Source of the DNA: Spirochaetota bacterium
GTDB lineage: Bacteria > Spirochaetota > UBA4802 > UBA5550
Assembly: GCA_963663865.1 (NCBI GenBank)
Contig: OY760686.1
Coordinates: forward strand, 2,816,001 to 2,880,000
Length of the DNA: 64,000 bases
Direction: 5' to 3'
Shown here piece after piece: positions 31,125-42,849 of the stretch (within the stretch, counting starts at the first letter, position 1; every line of letters begins with the position of its first letter). Below the pieces are notes generated by a model. That model was not told where the DNA came from and ran no database searches. It worked only from the letters and a program-made list of their open reading frames with translations. Made by a program: the position numbers and the translations under genes.

Positions 31125-31280
31125 AACGCAACTCCCTGATTTAGTTTTGACCTGACCATCACGGCAATGAGGACGGGCAACATTACTACGCGCTCTGAAG
31201 GACCCGGGTGTGACAAAAAAAATTTATCCCCGGAGAAAAAAGTTACTGCCGGGTTTCAGGGATGCGGAAGAGAGCAGAGC

Positions 31281-31709
31281 CTATTCAGAAACCCGGCCGG
31301 CATCGACCGCCATTTCAGTCTGTTTTAAAAGGTATTGTATGAGGGTGTCCTGGCTTATCGCCTTCAGGCGGAGAAGAATCATCCCGAGCGGTTCGCCGCC
31401 ACGCCTGTCCTGTTTTTTCATCGCGCTTCCGAGCTGTGCCTTCGTTATTACTCCGTCTGCCAGAAGAAGCTCGCCTATTTTAGGCACGCTCCCCTCGCCC
31501 GAGCTTTCTGCGAGCATGTTTGTCTGTATTTCAAGGTATCGGATAAAGGTTTCCTTGCTGATGTATCCGGAATTGATGAGGATAATTCCCAGCAAATTCC
31601 TGTTCTCATACCTCGAGGCCTGCACCGCAAGCGCCTCGTCAAGCTGCTCTCTTGTGATAATTGAATCCCTTAGCAGCAGTTCTCCAAGTCCCGGAATAGG
31701 CATCTGCAT
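31281..31709 (-). CDS. Stand-alone protein of four MshEN-like motifs (putative c-di-GMP binder)
   Basis: Four ~24-aa repeats LGELLLRDSIITREQLDEALAVQ / LGIILINSGYISKETFIRYLEIQ / IGELLLADGVITKAQLGSAMKKQ / LGMILLRLKAISQDTLIQYLLKQ. Confidence 0.75.
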   Translation of the reverse strand: MQMPIPGLGELLLRDSIITREQLDEALAVQASRYENRNLLGIILINSGYISKETFIRYLEIQTNMLAESSGEGSVPKIGELLLADGVITKAQLGSAMKKQDRRGGEPLGMILLRLKAISQDTLIQYLLKQTEMAVDAGRVSE

Positions 31710-31982
31710 CCTCCTGAGTTGTTTCAGGCCTTCCTCAGGACAGGGAAGGCTCCGTTGCTCCTGCCATTATATCCCCCCGCCGAACAAGAATTCAATTCTT
31801 TTATACAAAATATAAACTAATAACCGCCAAATATTTCAAGCTTCCCCTTCCGGCACATATAGTTTTCTTGACAATGACAGCTCACAAGTCTCAAATTGCA
31901 GGATATAGGCCCGGCGTCACAGGTAAAGCCGGGGGATAAGGACGGAAAAATCACTTTTCCGGAGGAATATTAAGGATTTTTT

Positions 31983-34609
<2,627 letters not shown>

Positions 34610-34616
34610 ACCGGCC

Positions 34617-36500
34617 TCAGTCAGAGTAGAACACAGCCCGAACCTCAACCGGGCTGTAGCCGTTGCCGGCCCCGTAAACAGGGTGAAGGCCGGTTTCCAG
34701 ACCGGCTCCCGCGCTGTACTCCCAGTCGGGGCCAGGGCTGACCTGAGAGTCCCATATTTTAAGATTGTCAACCGCCACGAAGGACCTCTCTCCGTTTTCC
34801 TGAAAGGGATTGATATGAACGATGTCAGCCGAGAAGTAGAGCCTTGAGAGGTCCGCGCAGAACGGCCCTTCAAGGCTTCGAATCTCATCTCCATTGACGT
34901 AGACCGTTGTAGAGGCCTCGTCCCAGACGACGTAGACGTGGACCCAGCCCCCGCCGATGTTCAGGGTGTTCTCGCTCAGAGAGCCTTCCTCACCCGTTTC
35001 AACAACAAGATAGCCTTCTATCGGAGAAGAAATGCTAATTGCACCGTTGCCGCTCTCAGTAAGAAGGCTTACATATACAGTCTCACCTCCGGAGGCCGGC
35101 ATGGCCTCAAACCAGAAGGACACTGCCCCTCCGCCGCAGGGCCTCGGGATTTCAGAGGCAAACGGCATTATGAAGTAGCCCCCGCCGAGGCCGCTGTCCC
35201 CCATTCCAGGCACTCCGCTCAGGAAAAGGGCATTTCCGAACTTACCGGGCTCAAAGGACTCAGCGAGATCGGCTGAGCTGTGAATTATGCCGCCCGGCCG
35301 GCCGCCCGATTCGGGTGCCAGAAGTGAGGCGCTGTCCTCCATTCTGCTCCAGAAAACAGGGCCCGGCAGCAGGTACTCTCCCCTGTCTGGGTCAACATAG
35401 AAGCTGCCGGGCCCGGGCCGGCCGGGCGTCAGGGCGAGGTCCATCATGACGGGCACCATAGACCGGTCAGCTTCGCCGCTCAGAACATTGCTCCCGTTTA
35501 TCAGGAATCTTATGTAGCGTCCTTCCTGCAGGGGGCCCGATGTGTTTTCATCAAATACCGAATCCATGGGGCCGCCCCGGCTCAGTGACGCCAGCGAGCT
35601 CAGGGGATCGCCGTAATCGGTCCTGAGAACAGCGCCTGTGGCATCTTCACCTTCATCAGGCCTTGAAAAGAAGCCCCTGCCCGCAGTATCCGGAGCTGCT
35701 GCCTCATAGACCGCTGCTCCCAGTGAAAAGCGCTGTGAGTACTCAGATATCATAACATTTCCGGAAAGGTCGCTTATTCCCGAGAAGCTGAAGTTGTAGT
35801 GGGTATTTCTTACGAGAAGCTGCGGGTCAGGCCTTATCACAAGGATCCCGCCGGCTGCGTTGTAGCTGTACTCAAAGGGACATGACACTCCGTCAGCCCT
35901 GGTAATGCTCAGGCCGCTGTTTTCAATTGATGAGGGGTCGACAGGCTCGCTGAAAACAAGCACCAGCTGCGCGGTCTCCAGAGAAACGCTTTCAACAATG
36001 CCCGGAATCCCGCTCAGCACCGCAGGCGGCACAAGGTCCGCTTCGCGCCCTGTGGTAAAAGACCACTGGTAATCAGAACCGAGCTTAATCCCCCCGCTGT
36101 CGCGAATATCCCCCGAAATAGAAACCGTGTAGACTGTATCGGGCAAGAAGCCTTCACCGGATGAAGGTTTAATAATATAACTTAACGAATCAGCCTCCTC
36201 GACGGTGACAGGAATTACTGTTCCGTCTTCGTCGCGGACCTCGACCGAATCTGAGGTCAGAGATATCGGGTCGCATGAGCGGTTAAGGCAGAACAGCAGG
36301 GACGAATTGATCTCAACACCGCTCTCTCCACCGTACGGCGATGTGTAGATGACACTGAGCCTGTCCACATTACTTTCAGCCTCTAGCGTTGAGGATTCAG
36401 CTGTCTCGCCCGGAACAGGCTGAGGAACATCGTGAAAGACATTCGAACAGGCCGCGGAGAACAGAAGCAGCGCGGCAGCCAGGGCCCGATTCAAAGCCAT
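34617..36500 (-). CDS. Lipoprotein with two Ig-like (Big_5-type) domains and a C-terminal LamG-like domain
   Basis: Lipobox AAC; LPDTVYTVSI...IRD..G...WSFTT and FSEPVD...DLSGN; GAVSFWF, WVHVYVVW, VYVNG and VDNLKIW. Confidence 0.72.
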   Translation of the reverse strand: MALNRALAAALLLFSAACSNVFHDVPQPVPGETAESSTLEAESNVDRLSVIYTSPYGGESGVEINSSLLFCLNRSCDPISLTSDSVEVRDEDGTVIPVTVEEADSLSYIIKPSSGEGFLPDTVYTVSISGDIRDSGGIKLGSDYQWSFTTGREADLVPPAVLSGIPGIVESVSLETAQLVLVFSEPVDPSSIENSGLSITRADGVSCPFEYSYNAAGGILVIRPDPQLLVRNTHYNFSFSGISDLSGNVMISEYSQRFSLGAAVYEAAAPDTAGRGFFSRPDEGEDATGAVLRTDYGDPLSSLASLSRGGPMDSVFDENTSGPLQEGRYIRFLINGSNVLSGEADRSMVPVMMDLALTPGRPGPGSFYVDPDRGEYLLPGPVFWSRMEDSASLLAPESGGRPGGIIHSSADLAESFEPGKFGNALFLSGVPGMGDSGLGGGYFIMPFASEIPRPCGGGAVSFWFEAMPASGGETVYVSLLTESGNGAISISSPIEGYLVVETGEEGSLSENTLNIGGGWVHVYVVWDEASTTVYVNGDEIRSLEGPFCADLSRLYFSADIVHINPFQENGERSFVAVDNLKIWDSQVSPGPDWEYSAGAGLETGLHPVYGAGNGYSPVEVRAVFYSD

Positions 36501-36517
36501 ATCAACCTCCAATCACA

Positions 36518-37546
36518 TCACCTGAAGCTCCTTGCTACGGAAAGCCCCATCCTTGAATAGTAGACATTTCCCTTCCTCTCAACGATGCCGCAAAGTTCGT
36601 AGACGGCATTCAGCCTGAGGTTTTCGTAAAGGCTGTATCCTCCCCTCATGCCGGCAAAAAACGAAGGCTCTGTTCCTGAACGCCTTGAGGTATCTTCCGT
36701 GTCCTCTTCTGTATAGTAAAACAGGCACGCGTAAGAGAGCCCGGCGCCGGCCTGAACGCCGTAACTGAACCGGCCGTATTCAAAGCTCAGACCCGCGAAC
36801 AAAGAGCATCCGGCCGTGTAAGCAGTCTCCATCCTGTCAGCGGGAGCCTGAAAGATAACGTAATCGAACCTGCCGCCGACAATCAGGCCCCTGAAAAGCA
36901 CATCCTCAAATCCTGCCGATGCCGACACTGCCAGCCCGCGGGAAGAAAGCCCGGCGAGCATACCGTGCGGAAGCGAATACGCCGCGATAAGCTCGACTGA
37001 AGGCATTGCGTCAACGACCTCAAAATCTCTTTTCCTCAGCCTTGACGCCAGCCTCAGCCCCGCGTCAAGGCTCTCCGAGCGGAGGCCCGGCAGGTCATCC
37101 GCGCTGACCTCCTCCCTGTAGACATAGGCGCTCTGTGCGACATCGACGATGCTCAGTGTGAGCCTGAGCGGACTTGTATTCTCGAATGTGCCGACAATGA
37201 CGTAGTCGGCGTTCAGTATTCTTCCGGCGGAAGCGGCCTCTCCGATATTACCTCTGGCGTAGAACACGGCCCTCCGCTTATTAACCAGGTCAAGCCTGCT
37301 CCTCTCAAGTATCACCAGACCGCCGCTTCTGAAAAGGGAGTGCTCAACCGCGTTCCTCATTACAGAAGCAGACATGTCGTCCCCGCCTGCTCCGGCAAAG
37401 TTGAGCACCGAGACCTTCACCTCGCCGCCGTTTGCGGAAAAAAGCCTGCCGGCGCTCGCGGTAACCCACAGCAGCAGAAACAGGAGCACAGGCCATAACC
37501 CGCGCCTGCTCACCGCTGATCGTGTAATCACAGCTCTTTGCGTCAT
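36518..37546 (-). CDS. Exported protein: CsgG/TolB_N-like domain plus probable beta-barrel
   Basis: VSVLNF, ILERSRL, GRILNADYVIVG; amphipathic C-terminal strands ending in near-terminal Phe. Confidence 0.6.
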   Translation of the reverse strand: MTQRAVITRSAVSRRGLWPVLLFLLLWVTASAGRLFSANGGEVKVSVLNFAGAGGDDMSASVMRNAVEHSLFRSGGLVILERSRLDLVNKRRAVFYARGNIGEAASAGRILNADYVIVGTFENTSPLRLTLSIVDVAQSAYVYREEVSADDLPGLRSESLDAGLRLASRLRKRDFEVVDAMPSVELIAAYSLPHGMLAGLSSRGLAVSASAGFEDVLFRGLIVGGRFDYVIFQAPADRMETAYTAGCSLFAGLSFEYGRFSYGVQAGAGLSYACLFYYTEEDTEDTSRRSGTEPSFFAGMRGGYSLYENLRLNAVYELCGIVERKGNVYYSRMGLSVARSFR

Positions 37547-38337
37547 TGACCGCTGAATCTGTTTATAACACGCGAGAGCTCATCCGCGATGCCGTCCACT
37601 CCCGCAGCGGCTTCTTCCTCACTGTCATAGTCCCTGACAGCCACATGAAGAACGCGGGAATCCTTTATGTCCACAATCCTGACAGTCAATGTGATGCTGC
37701 CCGAGTTTTTCTCAACGCTTCCAAGCGCAAGCAGCCTGCCGCCCCTGACATCATCGCTGTCCCTTGAGGCCGCGCCCTTAATTCTTCCGGACACCGCGCT
37801 GTAGAGCGATGCACTGATTCGGTCGCGAGCGGGTCCTTCGACCTCAAACGAGGTGAAGCGTCCGAAAACGACATCGTAACGCGGCGCTGACTGCGAAATT
37901 CCGTCAGAGACCGGCATTCCGGTTTGCTTTTCTTTTTGGGGGAATGATGTTCTGACGGATGTCACGGCATTTCCGGTTGTCAACGGAGCTTCATCAATGT
38001 TTTGAGGCACAGATATTCTCTGCTCAGAAGTCCGTCCGGCGCTGTCAGCACGCTCTACACGGGTAACGCTGAAGTATATTACCGCAGCAGCGGCTGCCAT
38101 TATCAGGGCGCCCGCGGCCGCTTTGAGGACGGGTACGCTCATGCCGAACCTGTTGATCCTCAGGTTTCTAAGCGACAGCAGCCAGATAATTACAGCGGCC
38201 ACGCCTGCCCGCTTCAGCGTCTTCCTCATCTCCGCTGACTTTATGGATTCAATGCGCCTTCGAATTTCCTCAGGTATGGGACTTACCATGCCCTCTCTCT
38301 GCATGAGGGATTCAAATATCTCAATATTTCTGTTCAT
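37543..38337 (-). CDS. Putative transmembrane anti-sigma factor with C-terminal CsgG/TolB_N-like domain
   Basis: ATGA-coupled to the ECF sigma; TM segments; LGSVEK....TLTVRIVDIKDSRVL. Confidence 0.55.
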   Translation of the reverse strand: MNRNIEIFESLMQREGMVSPIPEEIRRRIESIKSAEMRKTLKRAGVAAVIIWLLSLRNLRINRFGMSVPVLKAAAGALIMAAAAAVIYFSVTRVERADSAGRTSEQRISVPQNIDEAPLTTGNAVTSVRTSFPQKEKQTGMPVSDGISQSAPRYDVVFGRFTSFEVEGPARDRISASLYSAVSGRIKGAASRDSDDVRGGRLLALGSVEKNSGSITLTVRIVDIKDSRVLHVAVRDYDSEEEAAAGVDGIADELSRVINRFSGQ

Positions 38338-38837
38338 AGCAAATCCTCCAGGCTTCTAACGCCTCTGCCGGCAAGGTAGCTCTGAATCGCATCGACAATT
38401 TTTCCGTACTTGTACCTGACCTTTCTCTTGCTCAGTCCAAGATGTCTTCCTGTTTCATTGTAAGTAAATTTGTGAACAGCCACAAGCTCAAAAAGCAGCC
38501 TGCTGTCCTCATCTTCACCGCAGACCGCGGCAACGGTCTCCTTCAGAAGCATTCTGATTTCGCTGCTGCCATACTGTTCATCGGGTATATCGTCTTCGGC
38601 AACAATGCTGGCTGCCCCCCTTTTGCGGTAGTATGAGAGGAACTCATAGCGGGCTGCTCCGTAGAGCCAGCCCCCGGCCGACTCGACGGAGTCAAACTTC
38701 TCGTACAGCCTGGCGAATATGTTCTGGCACATGTCCTCGGTGTCGTTCATATTGCCCGTTTTGGAATACAGCGACGCATACACAAGCGGGTAGTACCTGC
38801 TGTATGCAGCCGCGAAATCACTGTTCTTCTTCGACAT
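38334..38837 (-). CDS. ECF-type sigma-70 factor
   Basis: EDMCQNIF..LY, WLYGAAR and region 4 HTH TYNETGRHLGLS; start placed at MSKKNS. Confidence 0.85.
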   Translation of the reverse strand: MSKKNSDFAAAYSRYYPLVYASLYSKTGNMNDTEDMCQNIFARLYEKFDSVESAGGWLYGAARYEFLSYYRKRGAASIVAEDDIPDEQYGSSEIRMLLKETVAAVCGEDEDSRLLFELVAVHKFTYNETGRHLGLSKRKVRYKYGKIVDAIQSYLAGRGVRSLEDLL

Positions 38838-38939
38838 AGGCGGCCCTGTCCGATTTTTTAGAATTATCGGACAGGAACCTGCACTGCTAAACTGTTTTTT
38901 GTGCAGATACGGCACTTATGTTGCCTTTAGCTGCTAAGC

Positions 38940-41204
38940 TCAACCGCTATGAACTACGCCTTTTCTCGCGTTGACGGCAGCCGCGGCCATATTCCTTATT
39001 GCCGGCTTCACCTCTTCCCATTTTCTGGTCTTCAATCCGCAGTCAGGATTGACCCACAGGCTCTCAGCAGGAACCACGACAAGCCTGCTGTTGATCTCCT
39101 CCTCAAGCTCAGCCTGCGACGGGACCCTGGGCGAATGAATATCGTAGACTCCCGGTCCTATATCGCCAGCGTATCCCCTGTGTTCGAATATCCTCAGGAG
39201 GTCGTTGCCGCTTCTTGAGGTTTCAATGGAGATAACGTCGGCGTCAAGAGCCTCAATCGCGTCGAAGATATCGCTGAAATCGCTGTAGCACATGTGCGTG
39301 TGTATCTGTGTTTCTGGGCGGGCGGTGCTGACAGCGTCCCTGAAACACTCAACGGCCCACTTCTCGTAATCCTCCCGCTTGGAGCGCCTCAACGGATATC
39401 CTTCCTTGAAGGCAGCCTCATCGACCTGAATAATCCGGATGCCGGCCCGCTGAAGGTCATCGATCTCCTCTGAAATCGCGGCGGCAATGCTCTGGCAGAT
39501 TTTCTCCCTCGGAACATCGTCGCGCGCGAACGACCAGTTGAGAATAGTCACCGGACCGGTCAGCATTCCCTTGACCGGCTTCGATGTAAGGCTCTGAGCG
39601 TACTTGATGATGTCGACCGTCATAGGCCTGAAGCGCGCCGCGCTGCCGTAGATAACGGGCGGTTTCACGCAGCGGCTGCCGTAACTCTGCACCCACCCGT
39701 TTGACGTGAAGGCGAAACCTTCAAGCTGTTCTCCGAAGTACTCGACCATGTCGTTCCTTTCAGGCTCTCCGTGAACGAGGACATCAAGCCCTGCCTCCTC
39801 CTGAAAGACGATGCACTCGTGGATGTAGTTTTTTATTCCGAGATCGTATTCTTCGATTCTGATGACGCCCTTTTTATAGTCTCTCCTCAGCGCCCTCAGT
39901 GCAGGCGTCTGCGGGAAACTCCCGATCGTGGTAGATGGCAGCAGCGGCAGATTGAGCGCCTTCTGCGCCGTCTTCCTCGACATACGGCTGCCCTCTCTTG
40001 AACGCCGGGCGGCTTCATCGTCCGCTGACATTTCGAACAGAGCTGACCTAGACTGAAAGACAGCCCTGTTGTCAGCAAGAGGCCCGTTGCTGCCGGCAGC
40101 AACATTCCCGGAAATAATGTTCGAGAGGCCGGCAAGCTCGTGCAGCTTCTCTACCGCGAAGCTGAGCCTTTCCCTGACTTGCTGATCGAGCTTATCCTCG
40201 GACCTGAGCGAATAGGGAACATGCTGCAGCGAACATGATGTCGAAAGAACAATGTTTTCCGGCGCAACCTTTCTTGAAATCGTTTCGTAAAGGGCGAGCG
40301 TTCTGCTGTAGTTGTTCTTCCATATGTTTCTGCCGTTTACCACGCCGGCAAAAAGCTTCTTGCCGTTAAGGTATTCAAGCGCCTCAAGGTTTTCAGGCCC
40401 ATAAACAAAATCAAGCGCAATGCCGTAAAGCGGCACATCGCGAAGAGCCTTTACCGCCTCAGTGGCATGATCGAAGTATGTCGAGAAGATAATATCGACT
40501 CCCTTAACCTCTGCAAGCGCGTCGCAGATCTGTCTGAAGACATCGGGCGTAGGCGAGTGAGTATCGCTAACTGCAACAGGTTCCTCAATCTGAACTAAGA
40601 CACGCCCGTTTGCCGCAGAGGCTATATCCTCAAGCAGTTTTTTATAGAGCGGGATGAAGACTGGAAGCAGGTCGATGGGCCTCCCGCCGTCTGTACGGCG
40701 CGAAAGCGCAAGAAATGTGGCAGGTCCGATAATATTAACCCTGGGAACAATCCCGTGAGAGATTGCCTCTCTGTAGCGGGAAACCGGAAGCGATGAATTG
40801 CATTCATACGCCTGATTATGCTTGAGCTCCGGCATGATGTAGTGATAGTTGGTATTGAACCACTTGGTCATTTCCATGGCCGGGCCGCTGCTGTTTCCCC
40901 TTGCCATGGCAAAGTAAAGCTCCGCCGGGTCCTCTATTGAGGCAAAGCGTTCCGGAACAGCGCCGAACATGACGGCGGTATCGAGCATCCTGTCATAGAG
41001 GCTCGAATCGCAGCAGCTGATATAGTCGATTCCGGCGCTCTTCTGCTCAAGCCAGGCGGCCTTTCTGAGCGCGGCAGCAGTCGATTCAAGCTCTTCGAAA
41101 GGAATCTGCCCGCTCCAGTACTTTTCAAGGGCCCACTTGAGCTCCCTGTTCTCCCCTATCGAGGGGAAACCTGTCACACAGGTCTGAATTTTTGTTGATG
41201 CCAT
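38940..41204 (-). CDS. metE: Cobalamin-independent methionine synthase
   Basis: MTKWFNTNYHY, HGEPERNDMVEYF, HTHMCY, GPGVYDIHSPR and NPDCGLKTR; AGGAGG RBS before MASTK. Confidence 0.97.
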   Translation of the reverse strand: MASTKIQTCVTGFPSIGENRELKWALEKYWSGQIPFEELESTAAALRKAAWLEQKSAGIDYISCCDSSLYDRMLDTAVMFGAVPERFASIEDPAELYFAMARGNSSGPAMEMTKWFNTNYHYIMPELKHNQAYECNSSLPVSRYREAISHGIVPRVNIIGPATFLALSRRTDGGRPIDLLPVFIPLYKKLLEDIASAANGRVLVQIEEPVAVSDTHSPTPDVFRQICDALAEVKGVDIIFSTYFDHATEAVKALRDVPLYGIALDFVYGPENLEALEYLNGKKLFAGVVNGRNIWKNNYSRTLALYETISRKVAPENIVLSTSCSLQHVPYSLRSEDKLDQQVRERLSFAVEKLHELAGLSNIISGNVAAGSNGPLADNRAVFQSRSALFEMSADDEAARRSREGSRMSRKTAQKALNLPLLPSTTIGSFPQTPALRALRRDYKKGVIRIEEYDLGIKNYIHECIVFQEEAGLDVLVHGEPERNDMVEYFGEQLEGFAFTSNGWVQSYGSRCVKPPVIYGSAARFRPMTVDIIKYAQSLTSKPVKGMLTGPVTILNWSFARDDVPREKICQSIAAAISEEIDDLQRAGIRIIQVDEAAFKEGYPLRRSKREDYEKWAVECFRDAVSTARPETQIHTHMCYSDFSDIFDAIEALDADVISIETSRSGNDLLRIFEHRGYAGDIGPGVYDIHSPRVPSQAELEEEINSRLVVVPAESLWVNPDCGLKTRKWEEVKPAIRNMAAAAVNARKGVVHSG

Positions 41205-41239
41205 TTTTCCTCCTTTTTGTTTTCGCGACAAAAAATCAG

Positions 41240-41340
41240 CAGCTGCCATGGCATTCGGACTTCGGGAGTTCCTTAAGACCTCCCGTTACCGTAGCGCGAC
41301 TGTGTCCGACTCTCACGGACTTCCCCATATACGGCAGCTG
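41240..41340 (-). promoter_or_regulatory. Cobalamin riboswitch, compact class-II-like
   Basis: Minus strand CAGCTGCC...GGGGAAGTCCGTGAGAGTCGGACACAGTCGCGCTACGGTAA...GAAGTCCGAATGCCA-TGGCAGCTG: B12 core motifs closed by an 8-bp stem, directly upstream of metE. Confidence 0.85.
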
Positions 41341-41440
41341 AAGGGCAACATATATGTTGCTGTGATGTATTCTGTCTATAAGAAATTTTCATGACAGGGT
41401 TTTATCTCCGCTTTTCTTTTAGAAAGAAAAGTGGTTATAG

Positions 41441-41475
41441 CCTGTAGAGCCGCCCAATTTGGGCGGCTCTACAGG
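41441..41475. repeat. GTAG-type REP palindrome, copy 1
   Basis: CCTGTAGAGCCGCCCA-att-TGGGCGGCTCTACAGG, perfect 16-bp stem. Confidence 0.85.
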
Positions 41476-41516
41476 GTGCCGGAACCAATTGGCGGAATCA
41501 AGAGACCGCAGGCACA

Positions 41517-41795
41517 CTGCTTCAACACCTCATCCAGTGCGATTTGCATGGATGCAAATCGCCCGGGCGCCGTTTCATCAGGATGATGATAACGGCGTTG
41601 CAATGGTCAATTAACTGCAAAGGCCAAGCCATTCCGGCGATTGAGGAACGGCTTTTTCCCGCCGCTTTTTGGCCGGTCAAAAAGCGGCAAAAGAAGTACC
41701 ACGCTCTCAGCGTGAAAATGGATGCAGGCACCCTGCCCAAAATGCGCGTCGCGCAGCACTGTGGCGGAAAATTGCCTGTGCGCTCCGCACAAAAA
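41517..41795 (+). repeat. Modular palindromic repeat, copy A (left island boundary)
   Basis: 41517-41757 matches 55243-55483 with 8 mismatches in 241 bp by manual comparison; 41761-41795 matches the end of copy C. Confidence 0.92.
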
Positions 41796-41814
41796 TCACA
41801 GGAAGATAACTATC

Positions 41815-41843
41815 TTGACATTATGAAGTAAACAGTTTACTTT
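41815..41843 (+). promoter_or_regulatory. TA operon promoter with palindromic operator
   Basis: TTGACA-17 nt-TACTTT; AAGTAAAC-a-GTTTACTT inverted repeat overlaps the spacer and -10. Confidence 0.65.
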
Positions 41844-41919
41844 CCCGAAATACTAATAAAAACAATTGAAATAAACATCAATTCAACTATTCAAAAAGAT
41901 ACCGGCTGAGGAATTCAAA

Positions 41920-42099
41920 ATGCTAACTATTAAACAAGAGGCAATAAACGCCATCTCAAAACTACCTGATGATGCCAATATTGACGATATCATGTATCGT
42001 CTTTATGTCATTGATAAAGTTGCCCGCAGTCAGCAAGCTGTCAAAGATGGAAAGACTATTACCGTTGATGAGTTAAAAAGAGAAGTTCAATCATGGTAG
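41920..42099 (+). CDS. Type II antitoxin, 59 aa (not in ORF track)
   Basis: MLTIKQEAINAISKLPDDANIDDIMYRLYVIDKV...GKTITVDELKREVQSW; GAGG RBS; overlaps the toxin start. Confidence 0.82.
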   Translation: MLTIKQEAINAISKLPDDANIDDIMYRLYVIDKVARSQQAVKDGKTITVDELKREVQSW

Positions 42100-42386
42100 C
42101 ATGGTCCGATCTTGCAAAGGAAGACCTTAAAAACATCTATGACTACATCGCTCAAGACTCACCATTCTACGCTCATAAGGTAGTTGATGATATAATCGAA
42201 TCCTCAGAATCACTTGAAGGATTTCCTGCATCGGGCCGTGTTGTTCCATAACTCAGTGACGTTAACATCAGGGAGCTGCTCATTTATTCATACAGGATTA
42301 TCTATGAAATCATTGATAGTGATGCGATAATTCATGCTGTTATTCATGGCAAAAGAGACTTCATTAAAGCCTTTAAAATTGATTAA
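42093..42386 (+). pseudogene. RelE/ParE-family toxin with internal stop
   Basis: MVAWSDLAKEDLKNIYDYIAQDSP...FPASGRVVP*LSDVNIRELLIYSYRIIYEI...AVIHGKRD; TAA at 42249-42251. Confidence 0.85.
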
Positions 42387-42736
42387 TATAGCACTTTCCG
42401 CCAGATACGCAGCGCTTTCCCTCACCACTTTTCTTATAACAAGCTCCAAAAAACCTTTATATTGCATGTCATTTCACTCGTTTAAGTTCAATTTTAACTG
42501 CAAAATAATTGGTGTGCCTGCGTTGAAATTTTTCCGCTCGGATTCTCACAACAACCGCTGACCCTGCAAAAAACACTCATCCAAGGCGTTTCAGCGACCG
42601 CCCGGCTCATCCACGGCTTTTCAGATGTGGAGGGGCTTGTTATCATGAGGCAGAATCTCTTATGTATATACTAATTTTAGTGGCAAATTCTCATCGGTGA
42701 TTTCCGGCAATTTTATATCGGTGCTGACACAATAAG

Positions 42737-42771
42737 CGGGTAGAGCCGCCCAGATTGGGCGGCTCTACCCG
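42737..42771. repeat. GTAG-type REP palindrome, copy 2
   Basis: CGGGTAGAGCCGCCCA-gat-TGGGCGGCTCTACCCG, perfect 16-bp stem. Confidence 0.85.
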
Positions 42772-42782
42772 TAGCGTTTGCG

Positions 42783-42814
42783 GTTTCACTCCACGCGCCC
42801 GCACGGAGTGCGAC
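42783..42814 (-). CRISPR. Solitary type I-C-like CRISPR repeat (not an array)
   Basis: Minus strand GTCGCACTCCGTGCGGGCGCGTGGAGTGAAAC, 32 nt, fits the I-C pattern GTCGC...GCGTGGATTGAAAC; single copy, no cas genes in the window. Confidence 0.62.
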
Positions 42815-42849
42815 CAGGAGTGCCATCGATAGTAGAAATTTACAAGGCT

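Noticed and set aside
31187-31215. ECF autoregulatory promoter TGTCACA...CGTA on the minus strand
   Set aside because: The 18-nt spacing is longer than typical and there is a single instance; not supportable without TSS data.
41522-41831. ORFs within the repeat blocks (also 54883-55801), e.g. MITALQWSINCKGQA...
   Set aside because: They occur on both strands of palindromic repeats, differ in start and end between copies, and substitutions preserve base pairing rather than protein.
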